A stretch of DNA of 54,674 bases from Promethearchaeota archaeon (GTDB taxonomy: Archaea > Asgardarchaeota > Lokiarchaeia > Sigyniarchaeales > SOKP01): NCBI GenBank assembly GCA_008080735.1, contig SHMW01000021.1:1-54674 (forward strand). The letters are read 5' to 3'. A program made the translations under genes and the position numbers. Every line of letters starts with the position of its first letter. Position 1 is the first letter of the stretch. The notes beneath the pieces are model-generated. The model was not told where the DNA came from. It did no database searches and worked only from the letters and a program-made list of their open reading frames with translations. Positions 38,405 to 48,610 of this stretch are shown here, in pieces.

Positions 38405-39964
38405 ATGTCGAATGTGGATAAGGCTTATAAAGAAATCCAAAGAATTGTCGGCAATGATTATATTACAGATAAGGATTTCATGAAAGCCTCATACTCGCGA
38501 AATGTGGATCCAGCATTTCCCGACCGATGGGCGGATATTATAATCAGACCTAATTCAGTAGAAGAGATCTCAGAGATAGTAAAAGTGGCAAACAAGTATA
38601 AAATAAACATTGTCCCTCGAGGTGGAGGTGCGGATTTAGTAGGAGGAGCTACGACAAATAACGGAATATTATTAGATCTGACGAGATTAAATAAAATTAT
38701 AGAAATAAATGAAGATGATTTTTATTGTGTCGTAGAATGTGGAATTACTTGGGGTGAGTTAATCTCGGAATTATATAGACTCAACTTAACAACTGGAGTC
38801 TTAGGTCCAGGAAGCGGATATTCTGCCACAATAGGAGGAGCAATTTCTAATAGTACCGCGGGATTTGGTTCCACCAAGTATGGGTTAGTCCCAGATAATT
38901 GTCTTGGTGTAGAAGTTGTACTTCCAAATCCAGAAGGAACCGTTATCCAGACAGGATCTAAGTCAAATAAATATGCGGAACCGATATGTCGATATGGAGT
39001 GGCACCAGATTTTACGGGTTTATTTATGGGGGATGCGGGTACATTAGGTATAAAGACAAAAGCCTATTTACGTCTTTTTCCAAATTCCCCATTCAAAGTG
39101 CAAAGAAACTATATGCTCAAAAAAAATGATTATAAGACGATTTTTAAATTAATGAATACTCTCCAAACGCACATAAGAGACGGATTACATGATTTATATA
39201 TTAATCCCAAAGTGGTTGTACAGCTTTTAGCGGCACAAGCAGAAAATAAACCACCGAAAAGACTAAGAGTAACTGGTCCGGTATTTATGTTTATTTTAGA
39301 GGCGTTTGATGAAAGAATTTTAGAAATATATGTAGAATCTGTTGATAAAATCATGTTAAATGACGCTAGGTTATTTGAATGGACTGAAATTGATTTGGAT
39401 GAGAAGAATTCAGAAGATTGGGAATTAAATTTGAAATTTCCCTATAGTTATTTTAATAAATTTATCTCTCTTGCTCCTCCTAAAATTTCTTGCACCACCT
39501 GTCATAAACTCCCAATTTCTAAAATCGAAGAGAAAAAGAATTTAAGCACTAAATTTGACAGAGATCATCAGGGAGAATTTCCCGAAGACAGTTTCTCCCT
39601 TTTTGCCCGATCGATTCACCTATTACCAAACGGACATTGCGTATTTGCGGGAGGATTTAATGCTGAAAACATAGATACTCAGAGAGAGATTGCAATGAAA
39701 ATATGGCATAAAAAAGTTAGATCCCAAGTTCGATATGGAGGTGTCCATTATTGGTTAGGAGAGTCCATCTCGCAATCAATAGTAGAAGCTGATGCATATA
39801 CATCTGATTTTATTAAATTTTTTAAACATATTAAGAAAACTGTTGACCCGAATTTCATTCTTAGCCCAAATAAATTTCATTTATATGATTTTGATGATGA
39901 TTATATGAAATATGTTGTAAAAATGGAGGAGGAGGAGAAAATTAATGATTCTGAAGAAAAATAA
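38405..39964 (+). CDS. FAD-binding oxidoreductase (GlcD/D-lactate dehydrogenase family)
   Basis: PRGGG, ATIGG, GTLGI, KKTVDPNFILSPNK. Confidence 0.9.
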   Translation: MSNVDKAYKEIQRIVGNDYITDKDFMKASYSRNVDPAFPDRWADIIIRPNSVEEISEIVKVANKYKINIVPRGGGADLVGGATTNNGILLDLTRLNKIIEINEDDFYCVVECGITWGELISELYRLNLTTGVLGPGSGYSATIGGAISNSTAGFGSTKYGLVPDNCLGVEVVLPNPEGTVIQTGSKSNKYAEPICRYGVAPDFTGLFMGDAGTLGIKTKAYLRLFPNSPFKVQRNYMLKKNDYKTIFKLMNTLQTHIRDGLHDLYINPKVVVQLLAAQAENKPPKRLRVTGPVFMFILEAFDERILEIYVESVDKIMLNDARLFEWTEIDLDEKNSEDWELNLKFPYSYFNKFISLAPPKISCTTCHKLPISKIEEKKNLSTKFDRDHQGEFPEDSFSLFARSIHLLPNGHCVFAGGFNAENIDTQREIAMKIWHKKVRSQVRYGGVHYWLGESISQSIVEADAYTSDFIKFFKHIKKTVDPNFILSPNKFHLYDFDDDYMKYVVKMEEEEKINDSEEK

Positions 39965-41147
39965 GAAAGAATATAAATTCCTTGCAGAATATGAAAAAAT
40001 GCTTTTACAATGTATCGCTTGTGGAGATTGTAGAGAAGCGATAGACATTACCTCCAATCCTCCAAAATGGGGTGTTTGCGCTGTTCGGGATCATTCGCCT
40101 GGGTTTGAACCCTTTTTCGGGAGGGGAAAGATGCAAATAATTCGCTCAATTTGGCAAAATAAATTAGAATTAAGTAAAGAGATGGCAGAAGTCATTTATC
40201 AATGCCCTACATGTAACGCATGCGCAGAAACGTGCGTTTATGATTTAGATAATGCTCTAATTTATGAAGCATTACGAGCTGAATTGGTTGAAGAAGGATT
40301 TGAGCTTGAATCTCATAAGGAAATGAACCAGGCAATGGAGAGCCTTTTGAATCCATATAATAGGGAAAATGAAATTAAAAGAGATTGGATAAAGAACCTC
40401 GAATTTAATATCAAAAATGCAAAAGAGGAAAAGGCTGAGGTTCTATATTTTGTAGGTTGCACTGCTGCTTTGACTCCTGAAATTCGTAGCGTCGCTATAA
40501 ATACTGCAAAGGTGTTATATAAATTAGGTTTTGATTTCTCTGCATATGGTGAGGAGGAAATCTGTTGCGGAAGTGTTGCTATGCGGACGGGTAATAGAAA
40601 GGCATTTGATTCGGTAGTTGCCAAAAATTATGAATTGTTTAAAAATTCCGGTGTTAAAAAAATCATAACCAGTTGTGCTGGATGTTATAGAACCCTGAAA
40701 ATAGATTATTCCGATATAATGGAGGAGTTAAATATTGAAGTTTTACATACAATTGAACTTATTAATGATAGGATAAATCAAAAGAATATAGAACTCAAAA
40801 ATTTAGGGATTATTACAACTTATCATGATCCTTGCCATACTGGAAGACATACGGGTCTTTATGAAGAACCAAGAGAGATTTTAAAAAAAATTGCGACTCT
40901 TAATGAAATGAAAACAATAAAGAATAACGCGAAATGCTGTGGAGCAGGAGGAGGTGTGAAGAAAGGGTTTCCAGAATTATCATTAGAGATTGCAAAAGCA
41001 CGGATTAAGGAAGCGGAAGAGACTGGAGCAGATTTTCTAGTAAGTATTTGTCCTTTTTGTTTCAGAAATCTTAGTGATGCAATAAAGGATTTGAATTCCG
41101 ATCTGAAGATGATTGACTTATTGGAATTAGTAAATCAAGCATTATGA
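39945..41147 (+). CDS. Fe-S oxidoreductase (GlcF/HdrD-like, two CCG domains)
   Basis: CIACGDC, CPTCNACAETC, YFVGC, CCG, YHDPC, CCGAGGG, CPFC. Overlaps the upstream gene. Confidence 0.92.
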   Translation: MILKKNKKEYKFLAEYEKMLLQCIACGDCREAIDITSNPPKWGVCAVRDHSPGFEPFFGRGKMQIIRSIWQNKLELSKEMAEVIYQCPTCNACAETCVYDLDNALIYEALRAELVEEGFELESHKEMNQAMESLLNPYNRENEIKRDWIKNLEFNIKNAKEEKAEVLYFVGCTAALTPEIRSVAINTAKVLYKLGFDFSAYGEEEICCGSVAMRTGNRKAFDSVVAKNYELFKNSGVKKIITSCAGCYRTLKIDYSDIMEELNIEVLHTIELINDRINQKNIELKNLGIITTYHDPCHTGRHTGLYEEPREILKKIATLNEMKTIKNNAKCCGAGGGVKKGFPELSLEIAKARIKEAEETGADFLVSICPFCFRNLSDAIKDLNSDLKMIDLLELVNQAL

Positions 41148-41225
41148 ATGAATAAAAGTAATTAAATTTAAAATTTTAAAATTTGAAAGTCAGATTTAAA
41201 TTATAGAAAAATGAGATGAGAAAAA

Positions 41226-42026
41226 ATGAGTTTTAAAAGGTCACTTGAGGATATCAAAAAGAAAAAGGAAGAAATGAGAACAAGCGTTTTTAGCGGTGCC
41301 GAGATGATGTGGGTATTATGGGAAACTAAACAAGAAATTATTGATCGCGTACTCCCACCACCATTAGAACCAATTGAACACCCGATCGCATTAGCATTTG
41401 TGGCAAATTATCCTTCACATTCTTATGGATTACCATATACAGAAGCTGCCTTGATTCTTAGATGCCAATTTAAGGGCGAGTTGGGCAATTATTTTCTCGC
41501 TATGCCTCTCACCGATGATAGAGCTACATTTGCAGGTCGTGAAATTTGGGGGTTTCCAAAAAAAATTGCAAATGTTCATTTTAAAAAAAGGGATAATGAG
41601 ATTTATGGATATTCTGAACGGTTAGGGGTAAAAAATATTGAAATAGAATTAAAGCTAACAGGTAAATTTAATGAAGAAGAAACTCCTGGTATTGTGGCTG
41701 AAATTGATATGATTCCAAAGAGAGGAAAGGGAACTACTAATTATCTCTTCAAGCATTTTGTTCACCCTACAAAAGAAGGATTTGATTATAATCCGTGGTT
41801 GGTAAAGCAAAAAACCACTTCTAAGATCAAATCTATGCAAATGGGAGAAGCAAATATAATATTAAACTCAACTATTCACGATCCATGGGGTGAAATTGAA
41901 ATTGTTAGAACACTCGGGGGAATGTATTTGCAGACGGAAAATGAAATGTATCCCGGGGAGATTGTGGCTGAAGTTGATCCGGACGAATTTTTGCCTTATT
42001 CTTATATAAAATGGGATTGGTATTAA
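41226..42026 (+). CDS. Acetoacetate decarboxylase-like family protein
   Basis: LPPPLEP, PYTEAAL, GREIWGFPKK (Schiff-base Lys region). Confidence 0.88.
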   Translation: MSFKRSLEDIKKKKEEMRTSVFSGAEMMWVLWETKQEIIDRVLPPPLEPIEHPIALAFVANYPSHSYGLPYTEAALILRCQFKGELGNYFLAMPLTDDRATFAGREIWGFPKKIANVHFKKRDNEIYGYSERLGVKNIEIELKLTGKFNEEETPGIVAEIDMIPKRGKGTTNYLFKHFVHPTKEGFDYNPWLVKQKTTSKIKSMQMGEANIILNSTIHDPWGEIEIVRTLGGMYLQTENEMYPGEIVAEVDPDEFLPYSYIKWDWY

Positions 42027-42083
42027 TTTGTCAAGCTTAATCTTTAGTCTTTATGTGATGATCTTCCATTTTCCAATAATTTA

Positions 42084-42947
42084 CTAATAACCTTGATATT
42101 TTGGTTCTTTTTTCCGTAAGAATGCTTTAATTCCTTCTTGAACATCTTCAGCAGCAGAATTCACACCAAATCCAAGCTGTTCAAATTGAAGCCCTATTGG
42201 AATAGAAACCTCGGTTCCAAATTTTAGACACTTTTTAATGATTGAGAGCGCGGTCGTAGCAGAATTCCCGAGCATGCATGCCTTGTCATGGAGCATTTTC
42301 TCAAATTCATCTCCCTCTTTTGCTAGAAAACTCACATATCCATTCTTGTACAATTCTTTCGCCGATACTCTTTCCCCAAAATAGAGCATTTTAATGCTTC
42401 TTGAGAATCCTAGATTTCTCACCGCCCTTTGAGTTCCACCCCCAGATGGGAAGATACCTCTCAATATTTCAGCGAAACCAAATATAGAACGTTCACTTGC
42501 GATGAGTATATCACATGCTAACGATAATTCGAATCCACCTCCAAGAGCATATCCATCAACCGCAGCAATCAACGGTTTAGCAAAGCTTTCGATTCTGTCA
42601 AAACAATTATGGAAAAGTGTAATGGCATAAGTCATATGGATAGGTATACTAGGTTTTATACCCGGTTCAAAAGGATTACTTAAATCAGCACCTGTAGAAA
42701 ATGCGGGTTTTTTTGTATAATCTTTAGTACCACGCAACACCACACATCCAATATTGGAATCCAGTTCCATAGATTCTAACGCATCTACTATTTCTCTTAG
42801 TGTTTTCAAGGTTATTGCATTTAATTTTTCTGGTCTGTTTAAGGAGATTACCGCGTAATTAGCATCAATAGATCCTCCACTGCTTTGAGGTAAATCGAGT
42901 TTTACGTGTTCATATTGATTATTTTTTTTCATAAATTTTAGATCCAT
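42084..42947 (-). CDS. Enoyl-CoA hydratase/isomerase
   Basis: LNRPEKLNA, FSTGADL, KPLIAAVDGYALGGGFEL, AEI…GGGTQR. Confidence 0.93.
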   Translation of the reverse strand: MDLKFMKKNNQYEHVKLDLPQSSGGSIDANYAVISLNRPEKLNAITLKTLREIVDALESMELDSNIGCVVLRGTKDYTKKPAFSTGADLSNPFEPGIKPSIPIHMTYAITLFHNCFDRIESFAKPLIAAVDGYALGGGFELSLACDILIASERSIFGFAEILRGIFPSGGGTQRAVRNLGFSRSIKMLYFGERVSAKELYKNGYVSFLAKEGDEFEKMLHDKACMLGNSATTALSIIKKCLKFGTEVSIPIGLQFEQLGFGVNSAAEDVQEGIKAFLRKKEPKYQGY

Positions 42948-43092
42948 ACGGTATTTGTTTTTTTTTCGTAAAACCAGTAATTTTTTATCAGTTTTGCTTA
43001 TCTGGAATTATTAATTGTATATTCAATTTATATAAATATAAACTTTAAATAATTGAATTTTTTATAAAAATAGAGAATATTCTTCAATTAAA

Positions 43093-43112
43093 ATAGGATT
43101 TTCAAATCCTAT
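43093..43112. promoter_or_regulatory. Perfect 9-bp inverted repeat in divergent intergenic region (candidate operator)
   Basis: ATAGGATTT-TC-AAATCCTAT, 38 bp upstream of the ATG at 43151. Confidence 0.45.
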
Positions 43113-43150
43113 CCAATAATAAAACTACATAATACTAATGAGGATAAAAA

Positions 43151-43504
43151 ATGGAACCAATAGGAATTGTTTTTCTGTTTAGTATGGATGAGGGAAACCC
43201 AAAAGAAGTCTCAGAGGAATTTAGCGAACATTTTCCGAGTGTGACAGAAAACTTAGTAAGAGAAAACTTGCTCGAGTTAGCGCAACTGAAAGAAATTATC
43301 GATAATAAGAAAATATATTGGGGAGGTATCAAGAAAGACTTTGATAAAGTCATCCAAAACACCGACATGATTGGGGACCTCGCGTGGCAAGTATTCAAAA
43401 AACACACTGAGATCGAAGCTTCCGAGGATGTGCGCTGTTTGATTTATGATGGTAAACAAGCACCTTGGGGTTTTACTTTAATGAGCTGTGTGCTATATAA
43501 ATAA
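43151..43504 (+). CDS. Hypothetical protein
   Basis: GAGG RBS, globular composition, no recognised motif. Confidence 0.75.
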   Translation: MEPIGIVFLFSMDEGNPKEVSEEFSEHFPSVTENLVRENLLELAQLKEIIDNKKIYWGGIKKDFDKVIQNTDMIGDLAWQVFKKHTEIEASEDVRCLIYDGKQAPWGFTLMSCVLYK

Positions 43505-43623
43505 AGGTTAGAACAAATTTCCCATCTTTTTTTAATTTAGGTTATCGCTTTAAGAATTTAGTTTTCTCTTATCAAAGAGATAAAAATTATATAAATGATA
43601 AAAGAAAAAATTTAAAAATTTGA

Positions 43624-44133
43624 TTAATCGTATATTACGGAACCGATAATAGAAAGAATTATTGCGATGACTGCCATAAAAAAACCTATCCATAATCCCC
43701 AGCTCCAAGGATCAGCACTTCCAAAAAATACAACATACTCTTCACCTGTCAAAAAACTAAGACCTGATAGAATTGATTCATAATCCTCTATGCTTCCTAA
43801 ACCTACTAAAAATAGAGCGACGCCACCAATCATAAGAAATGATCCCAAAAACCCATATGCTTTACTATCTTTAAATAAAGGTACTAGAACACATATAGAT
43901 CCCACTATAAAAAGAATTGGTCCAAGTATTCCATAAAATCCAAGAATGGATTCTAAAATATCATCACTAGTGCTATATGTTCCAAAGGCACTCATATGAG
44001 AATTGAAGAATGGGCCATCTACTTGCCACCAGGCACCAAAGGTAGGCTCGATAAAATAGGCAAGGATGCTAAACAGACCTAATAGTCCACCAAGTACTAA
44101 AAGGATTTTGGCAGTTCCACTATTTTTCGCCAT
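43624..44133 (-). CDS. Four-TM membrane protein
   Basis: Four hydrophobic Gly-rich segments with two longer loops. Confidence 0.75.
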   Translation of the reverse strand: MAKNSGTAKILLVLGGLLGLFSILAYFIEPTFGAWWQVDGPFFNSHMSAFGTYSTSDDILESILGFYGILGPILFIVGSICVLVPLFKDSKAYGFLGSFLMIGGVALFLVGLGSIEDYESILSGLSFLTGEEYVVFFGSADPWSWGLWIGFFMAVIAIILSIIGSVIYD

Positions 44134-44298
44134 TATTAATCAAAATTTATTTTTATTCAATTGAATTTGATTATTCTATTAAATTCACAATTGATATATT
44201 AAAGTTCTTCTTTTTTTATCTTTTATTGATGATCATTATCGATATTTTTCTTAATCTGTTAGACTATTCCTAATTTGGAAAAAATGAAAATCTTAAGT

Positions 44299-45870
44299 TT
44301 AATAATATCTGTTAAATAATTCCAACCAATTTTGATATCTTTTCTCAAGTTTCTTGAGCATAGATTCTCTTGGGGTGAAATTTTTTACCGAATTTAAATC
44401 TTGATTTCTTTTTTGAAGATCCTCCAGACTTTCAATCCCTCCTGCGGCGATGTCGCATAAGGTTAGCATACCTTGGATTGTAGATTCAAAATTTTTAGAT
44501 GTATTTATTGGGATATTTAAGAGATCTGAAAATCGCTGAACCAGTACTGGATTCCGAGCGGCACCTCCCACGATTGAAATTTGGGGGTTTTTAAGATCTG
44601 CTATTTGTTTGGCGATTTCAATATTTTTTGTTACAGCAAATTGAATATTGTCGAACACTGCAGTAATAAATGAGTTCTTGTGGGTTTTGATTTCTTCCAC
44701 ACCTCCCGGGCTTTGGAATGTAAATATTCCAGGAGCCATCTTCAGCTGAGTATTTGAAAGAGGCGCGGGTCCCAACAAGGAATATACACGACTATTATCT
44801 ATCTCTGAAAGAGTTGCGTGAGCCTCAAATTCATCATATTCTTTATAAGCTTGGTCCAGCAATTTAAAATTCTCGGTTAGAGTATTATTTTCATCAGCAT
44901 AAAATAAATTTGCCGCCCATTTGAGAATTTGGCCTGTCATTCCAGTATTAGTTTCAAGATAATAATTATTGGATAAATTTTTAATCATAAAAAGCCCAGC
45001 CCAAATTTGTTCCTCTTCGGGAATGATAAGTTGTTCTATTATCGTTTGTACAGGAGTTGTGGTACCTAACACAGCGGTTATATTAGTAGGCTCAATATTT
45101 TGACATCCTAATAACGCAGCGTGTGTATCTGGGAAGCCAGATACCAGCTTAGTATCGGGGCTTAACCCTATTTCTTTCTGAGATTTCTCATCAACCATAC
45201 CAATAATCTCACCAGAGAAAACCGGCCAAGGTAGAAAGAACTCTGGTAAATCAAGGATATCTTCCCATGCGGGATGCCAGAATTTAGTGGTGAGATCAAG
45301 AAACCCGGATTCTGCCGCACTTGAAAAGTTAGTGTGAAGCTCTCCCCCAAATTTAACTAAAATCCAACTTTCTAAGGGAAGATATTGTGTTATTTGTTCA
45401 ATTCGATTGTCAGAGTCTTTCTCTTCTTGAAAATATCTATATCGAGCTGGGATAAATAAAAATGAAGGAAAATGACCCGTACTTTCATAAAATGTCTTTC
45501 CTGTCGCCTCATAAAATTCATCCTCAATTTCTTCTGCATAATCAAATCCAAGAAGTTCAAAACTAGCACCAATATAGACCGCATTATTATCCTCATCAGC
45601 AAAGACACAACTGGGCCGAATAGATGATGCGGAAATATATTCAATCTCTTTCGGATTAATTTTTGCCAGCTTTATCGTAGTTTTCGTTAACTCAACTAAT
45701 TTATCCCAATAATTCCCATAATTCCATTCTCTTTGCAGTCCATTTTCACTGCTGAGTACTTCTGGTTCATAAGAATTAATCGCAATTACATTTCCCAGTT
45801 CATCAGCTATAGCACATTTCAACAATTTAGATCCAGAATCATAAACCATTCGATAGCTATTATTATTCAT
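44299..45870 (-). CDS. FGGY family carbohydrate kinase
   Basis: YDSGS…KC, SSAAESG, PDTHAALLG, LGTT, VGGAARN. Confidence 0.9.
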   Translation of the reverse strand: MNNNSYRMVYDSGSKLLKCAIADELGNVIAINSYEPEVLSSENGLQREWNYGNYWDKLVELTKTTIKLAKINPKEIEYISASSIRPSCVFADEDNNAVYIGASFELLGFDYAEEIEDEFYEATGKTFYESTGHFPSFLFIPARYRYFQEEKDSDNRIEQITQYLPLESWILVKFGGELHTNFSSAAESGFLDLTTKFWHPAWEDILDLPEFFLPWPVFSGEIIGMVDEKSQKEIGLSPDTKLVSGFPDTHAALLGCQNIEPTNITAVLGTTTPVQTIIEQLIIPEEEQIWAGLFMIKNLSNNYYLETNTGMTGQILKWAANLFYADENNTLTENFKLLDQAYKEYDEFEAHATLSEIDNSRVYSLLGPAPLSNTQLKMAPGIFTFQSPGGVEEIKTHKNSFITAVFDNIQFAVTKNIEIAKQIADLKNPQISIVGGAARNPVLVQRFSDLLNIPINTSKNFESTIQGMLTLCDIAAGGIESLEDLQKRNQDLNSVKNFTPRESMLKKLEKRYQNWLELFNRYY

Positions 45871-45935
45871 ATAAATATCCTAAAATAAATTCATAAAAAA
45901 TATAATTATAAATTATAGTTATTATTTAATAAATT

Positions 45936-46763
45936 ATGAGTTCTGCTAGTAATCAGAAAAGTATTATCCAAGCTATTAATGCATATATGCTTACAGCTTT
46001 GCTTTCTATATTCGCGGCGGGGATCATTCTAATCCTATTTGTATTCTTATTCGGAATTCAGGTATTTAGCATTAACGAAGGCTCTAATCTGTATATAGGT
46101 TTATTCTTGATTGCAATCGGAGTAATTCAATCAATTCGATTAATGAAAAACATGAAAAAAATATCTGATGTAGTATTATCAAGAAAAGAAATAGCCTTAG
46201 AATCCACAGCTCAACAACCTACTGGAACTGGAAGAGGTTTGAATATAATACGTCCAACTATGAGCGAATCAACACCACGAACTAAACCTCTTCCCACATC
46301 AACTAAAACGCAAAAGCCAATCCAGAAAAAACCCGAGAAGGAAGTGGAACCCATTTCTGCCACTAAAAAGGAAGAATCCGCTAAAGAACCAGAAATATCT
46401 GAAGAAAGTGAATCAAAAGCGGAAGAGGAGCTTGAAATCACTCTGGAGGAAGCACTTCAAAAAATTGTTGATAGATACAACGATCCAAAAGTATCTTCTT
46501 CATTTAGTAAATGGGATGATACCTTAATGATGACCTTTCCCAATATTGATACCTCTTACTTATATAAAATCAATAGAGATCAAGGAATAGAACTGGTGAA
46601 GGGATATGAGGAAGATGCCGCAGTACAAGTTAATATAGATTCAGATGTATTCATTAAGATGATGACAAAACAAATTAACCCGATTAAAGCGTATAGTAGC
46701 GGGAAACTTGAAGTAGTTGGGAAGATGAGATCCTTATTAAAGCTACGCAAATTAATGTTTTAG
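45936..46763 (+). CDS. Two-TM protein with C-terminal SCP2 sterol/lipid-binding domain
   Basis: Two N-terminal TMs, a Pro/Thr/Glu linker, then DSDVFIKMMTKQINPIKAYSSGKLEVVGK (SCP2 signature). Confidence 0.82.
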   Translation: MSSASNQKSIIQAINAYMLTALLSIFAAGIILILFVFLFGIQVFSINEGSNLYIGLFLIAIGVIQSIRLMKNMKKISDVVLSRKEIALESTAQQPTGTGRGLNIIRPTMSESTPRTKPLPTSTKTQKPIQKKPEKEVEPISATKKEESAKEPEISEESESKAEEELEITLEEALQKIVDRYNDPKVSSSFSKWDDTLMMTFPNIDTSYLYKINRDQGIELVKGYEEDAAVQVNIDSDVFIKMMTKQINPIKAYSSGKLEVVGKMRSLLKLRKLMF

Positions 46764-46800
46764 AAGATTACTTAAATATTTAATAGCGATTCAAAAAATT

Positions 46801-48525
46801 ATGAAAGCATACATAACTGCTCCCTTTTCAGAGGAAGCGATTAGTGAACTAAAAAGAGTATTAGATGATGAAGTAGTCTATGAAAGCTGGTTAGAGACGA
46901 ATAAAGTCTATTTCCAAGCAGATGCTTTAGTTGAGAAAATAAAAGAAATAGGTGCACGAGTATTTATTTGTGAGGGAGATAATGTAAAAAAGGACGTAAT
47001 AGAGAATCTGGACCTAAAGATAATCGGTTCTACTCGCGGGGATCCCAATAATATAGATATTGAAACGGCAACAAAACGAAACATTCCAGTCCTTCACGCT
47101 CCAGGGAGAAATACAATCGCGGTAGCAGAGATGACGATAGCGATGATGCTCGCGTTACTTAGAAAACTTCATAAAGTAGAAAGAACCCTGCATTCAGATG
47201 CATTCCATGTGGAGGATTTTAGCGACTATGTTAAGTATTATAATAGCTTTAAAGGGCATGAATTGGAAGGAAAAACAATTGGAATAGTTGGTTTAGGAAG
47301 GATAGGATTCGAGGTAGCAAAGCGACTCAAACCATTTAATGTGAAATTCTTGGTCTACGATCCCTATGTAGATGATGTAAGATTGAGATTTATCCAAGGA
47401 AAAGCGGTTGATCTAAATACATTAATGAAGGAATCGGATATCATCACTCTTCATTGTCCCCCAACAGATGAAACTGATGGATTGATTGGGGAGGAGCAAA
47501 TAAATCTTATGAAACCAGAGGCATATTTTCTAAATCTCGCTAGAGCATCAATAACCGATGAGTTTGCTCTTCATGATGCTCTTAAAGAAAATAAAATTGC
47601 TGGGGCTGCACTGGATGTGTTCAATATAGAACCGGTTGATGAGGATAATGAATTCTTGGAATTAAATAATGTTATAGTGACTCCACATTTAGGCGGAGAT
47701 ACGTATGAGACCAATCATAAACACGGAATGATGATGGTGGAAGGAATATATAAGATTTTACATGGAGAAATTCCTTTTAATGTTGTCAATCCCCAAGTTA
47801 TTCCTGGATACACTCCAGAAAAACTGCCAAAACCAAGTCCAGGCGATGAAATACCCATAACCCTCTCTCTGTATAAGAAAGAATGTAAAAAAATAATTGA
47901 AATTTGTAAAAAAATGCTGGATAAAGGATTAATTATTGGTACAGCGGGAAATGTTTCAATGAGAGTCAAATTACCCAGCGGAGATGATGGATTTCTTCTT
48001 ACCCCTAGCACTGTTCGATATGAGAATATGACTGAAGAAGATCTAGTGTTAGTAGATGAAAATATTAAAGTACTAGCGGGAACGAGGAATCCCACTTCTG
48101 AAAAACATCTCCATGTATATACAATGCTAGCAAGGCGGGATGTCAATGCGATAATTCATTCACATGCAGAATATTCTACCATTCTTTCAATAGCTCGCAT
48201 GCGGTTAGGGCCAATCGTTGATGAGATCATTCCATTCATAGGAGGATGCGAAATCGCCGAATATGGAATGGCAGGCTCCGAAGATATTGCCAATAAAGCT
48301 ATTCAAGCTTTGGGAAACAATTATGCGGTATTCTTACCTAATCATGGGAATGTATGTTGTGGAACCAACATGAAACATGCATATACAGTCCTACAGCAAG
48401 TCGAATTTGCTGCCAAAGTTCAGTATAAAGCTGCTTTACTGGGTACAATATATGCTCTTCCAGAAGAAGCTGAAGAGGATGAAAAAGAAATGTTCGAAAT
48501 TATGCGAGAAGTTGGAAATCTGTAA
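46801..48525 (+). CDS. Fusion: D-2-hydroxyacid dehydrogenase (PGDH-like) + class II aldolase (FucA-like)
   Basis: N-terminal half has GIVGLGRIG, NLARA, AALDVF.EP, TPHLGG. C-terminal half has GTAGNVS, TPS, PTSE…H, IHSH, NHG. Confidence 0.9.
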   Translation: MKAYITAPFSEEAISELKRVLDDEVVYESWLETNKVYFQADALVEKIKEIGARVFICEGDNVKKDVIENLDLKIIGSTRGDPNNIDIETATKRNIPVLHAPGRNTIAVAEMTIAMMLALLRKLHKVERTLHSDAFHVEDFSDYVKYYNSFKGHELEGKTIGIVGLGRIGFEVAKRLKPFNVKFLVYDPYVDDVRLRFIQGKAVDLNTLMKESDIITLHCPPTDETDGLIGEEQINLMKPEAYFLNLARASITDEFALHDALKENKIAGAALDVFNIEPVDEDNEFLELNNVIVTPHLGGDTYETNHKHGMMMVEGIYKILHGEIPFNVVNPQVIPGYTPEKLPKPSPGDEIPITLSLYKKECKKIIEICKKMLDKGLIIGTAGNVSMRVKLPSGDDGFLLTPSTVRYENMTEEDLVLVDENIKVLAGTRNPTSEKHLHVYTMLARRDVNAIIHSHAEYSTILSIARMRLGPIVDEIIPFIGGCEIAEYGMAGSEDIANKAIQALGNNYAVFLPNHGNVCCGTNMKHAYTVLQQVEFAAKVQYKAALLGTIYALPEEAEEDEKEMFEIMREVGNL

Positions 48526-48610
48526 TATTTAATATTCTATTCTAAAAAATGTGATTAGAAACTTGAATGAAAAGCTATTTAGCAGATAAATAAAAAAAAA
48601 TGAAATAGAT

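Noticed and set aside
43624-44133. Four-TM protein as claudin/PMP22-like
   Set aside because: Topology is compatible, but the W-GLW-C-C signature is absent; this cannot be supported without structure comparison.
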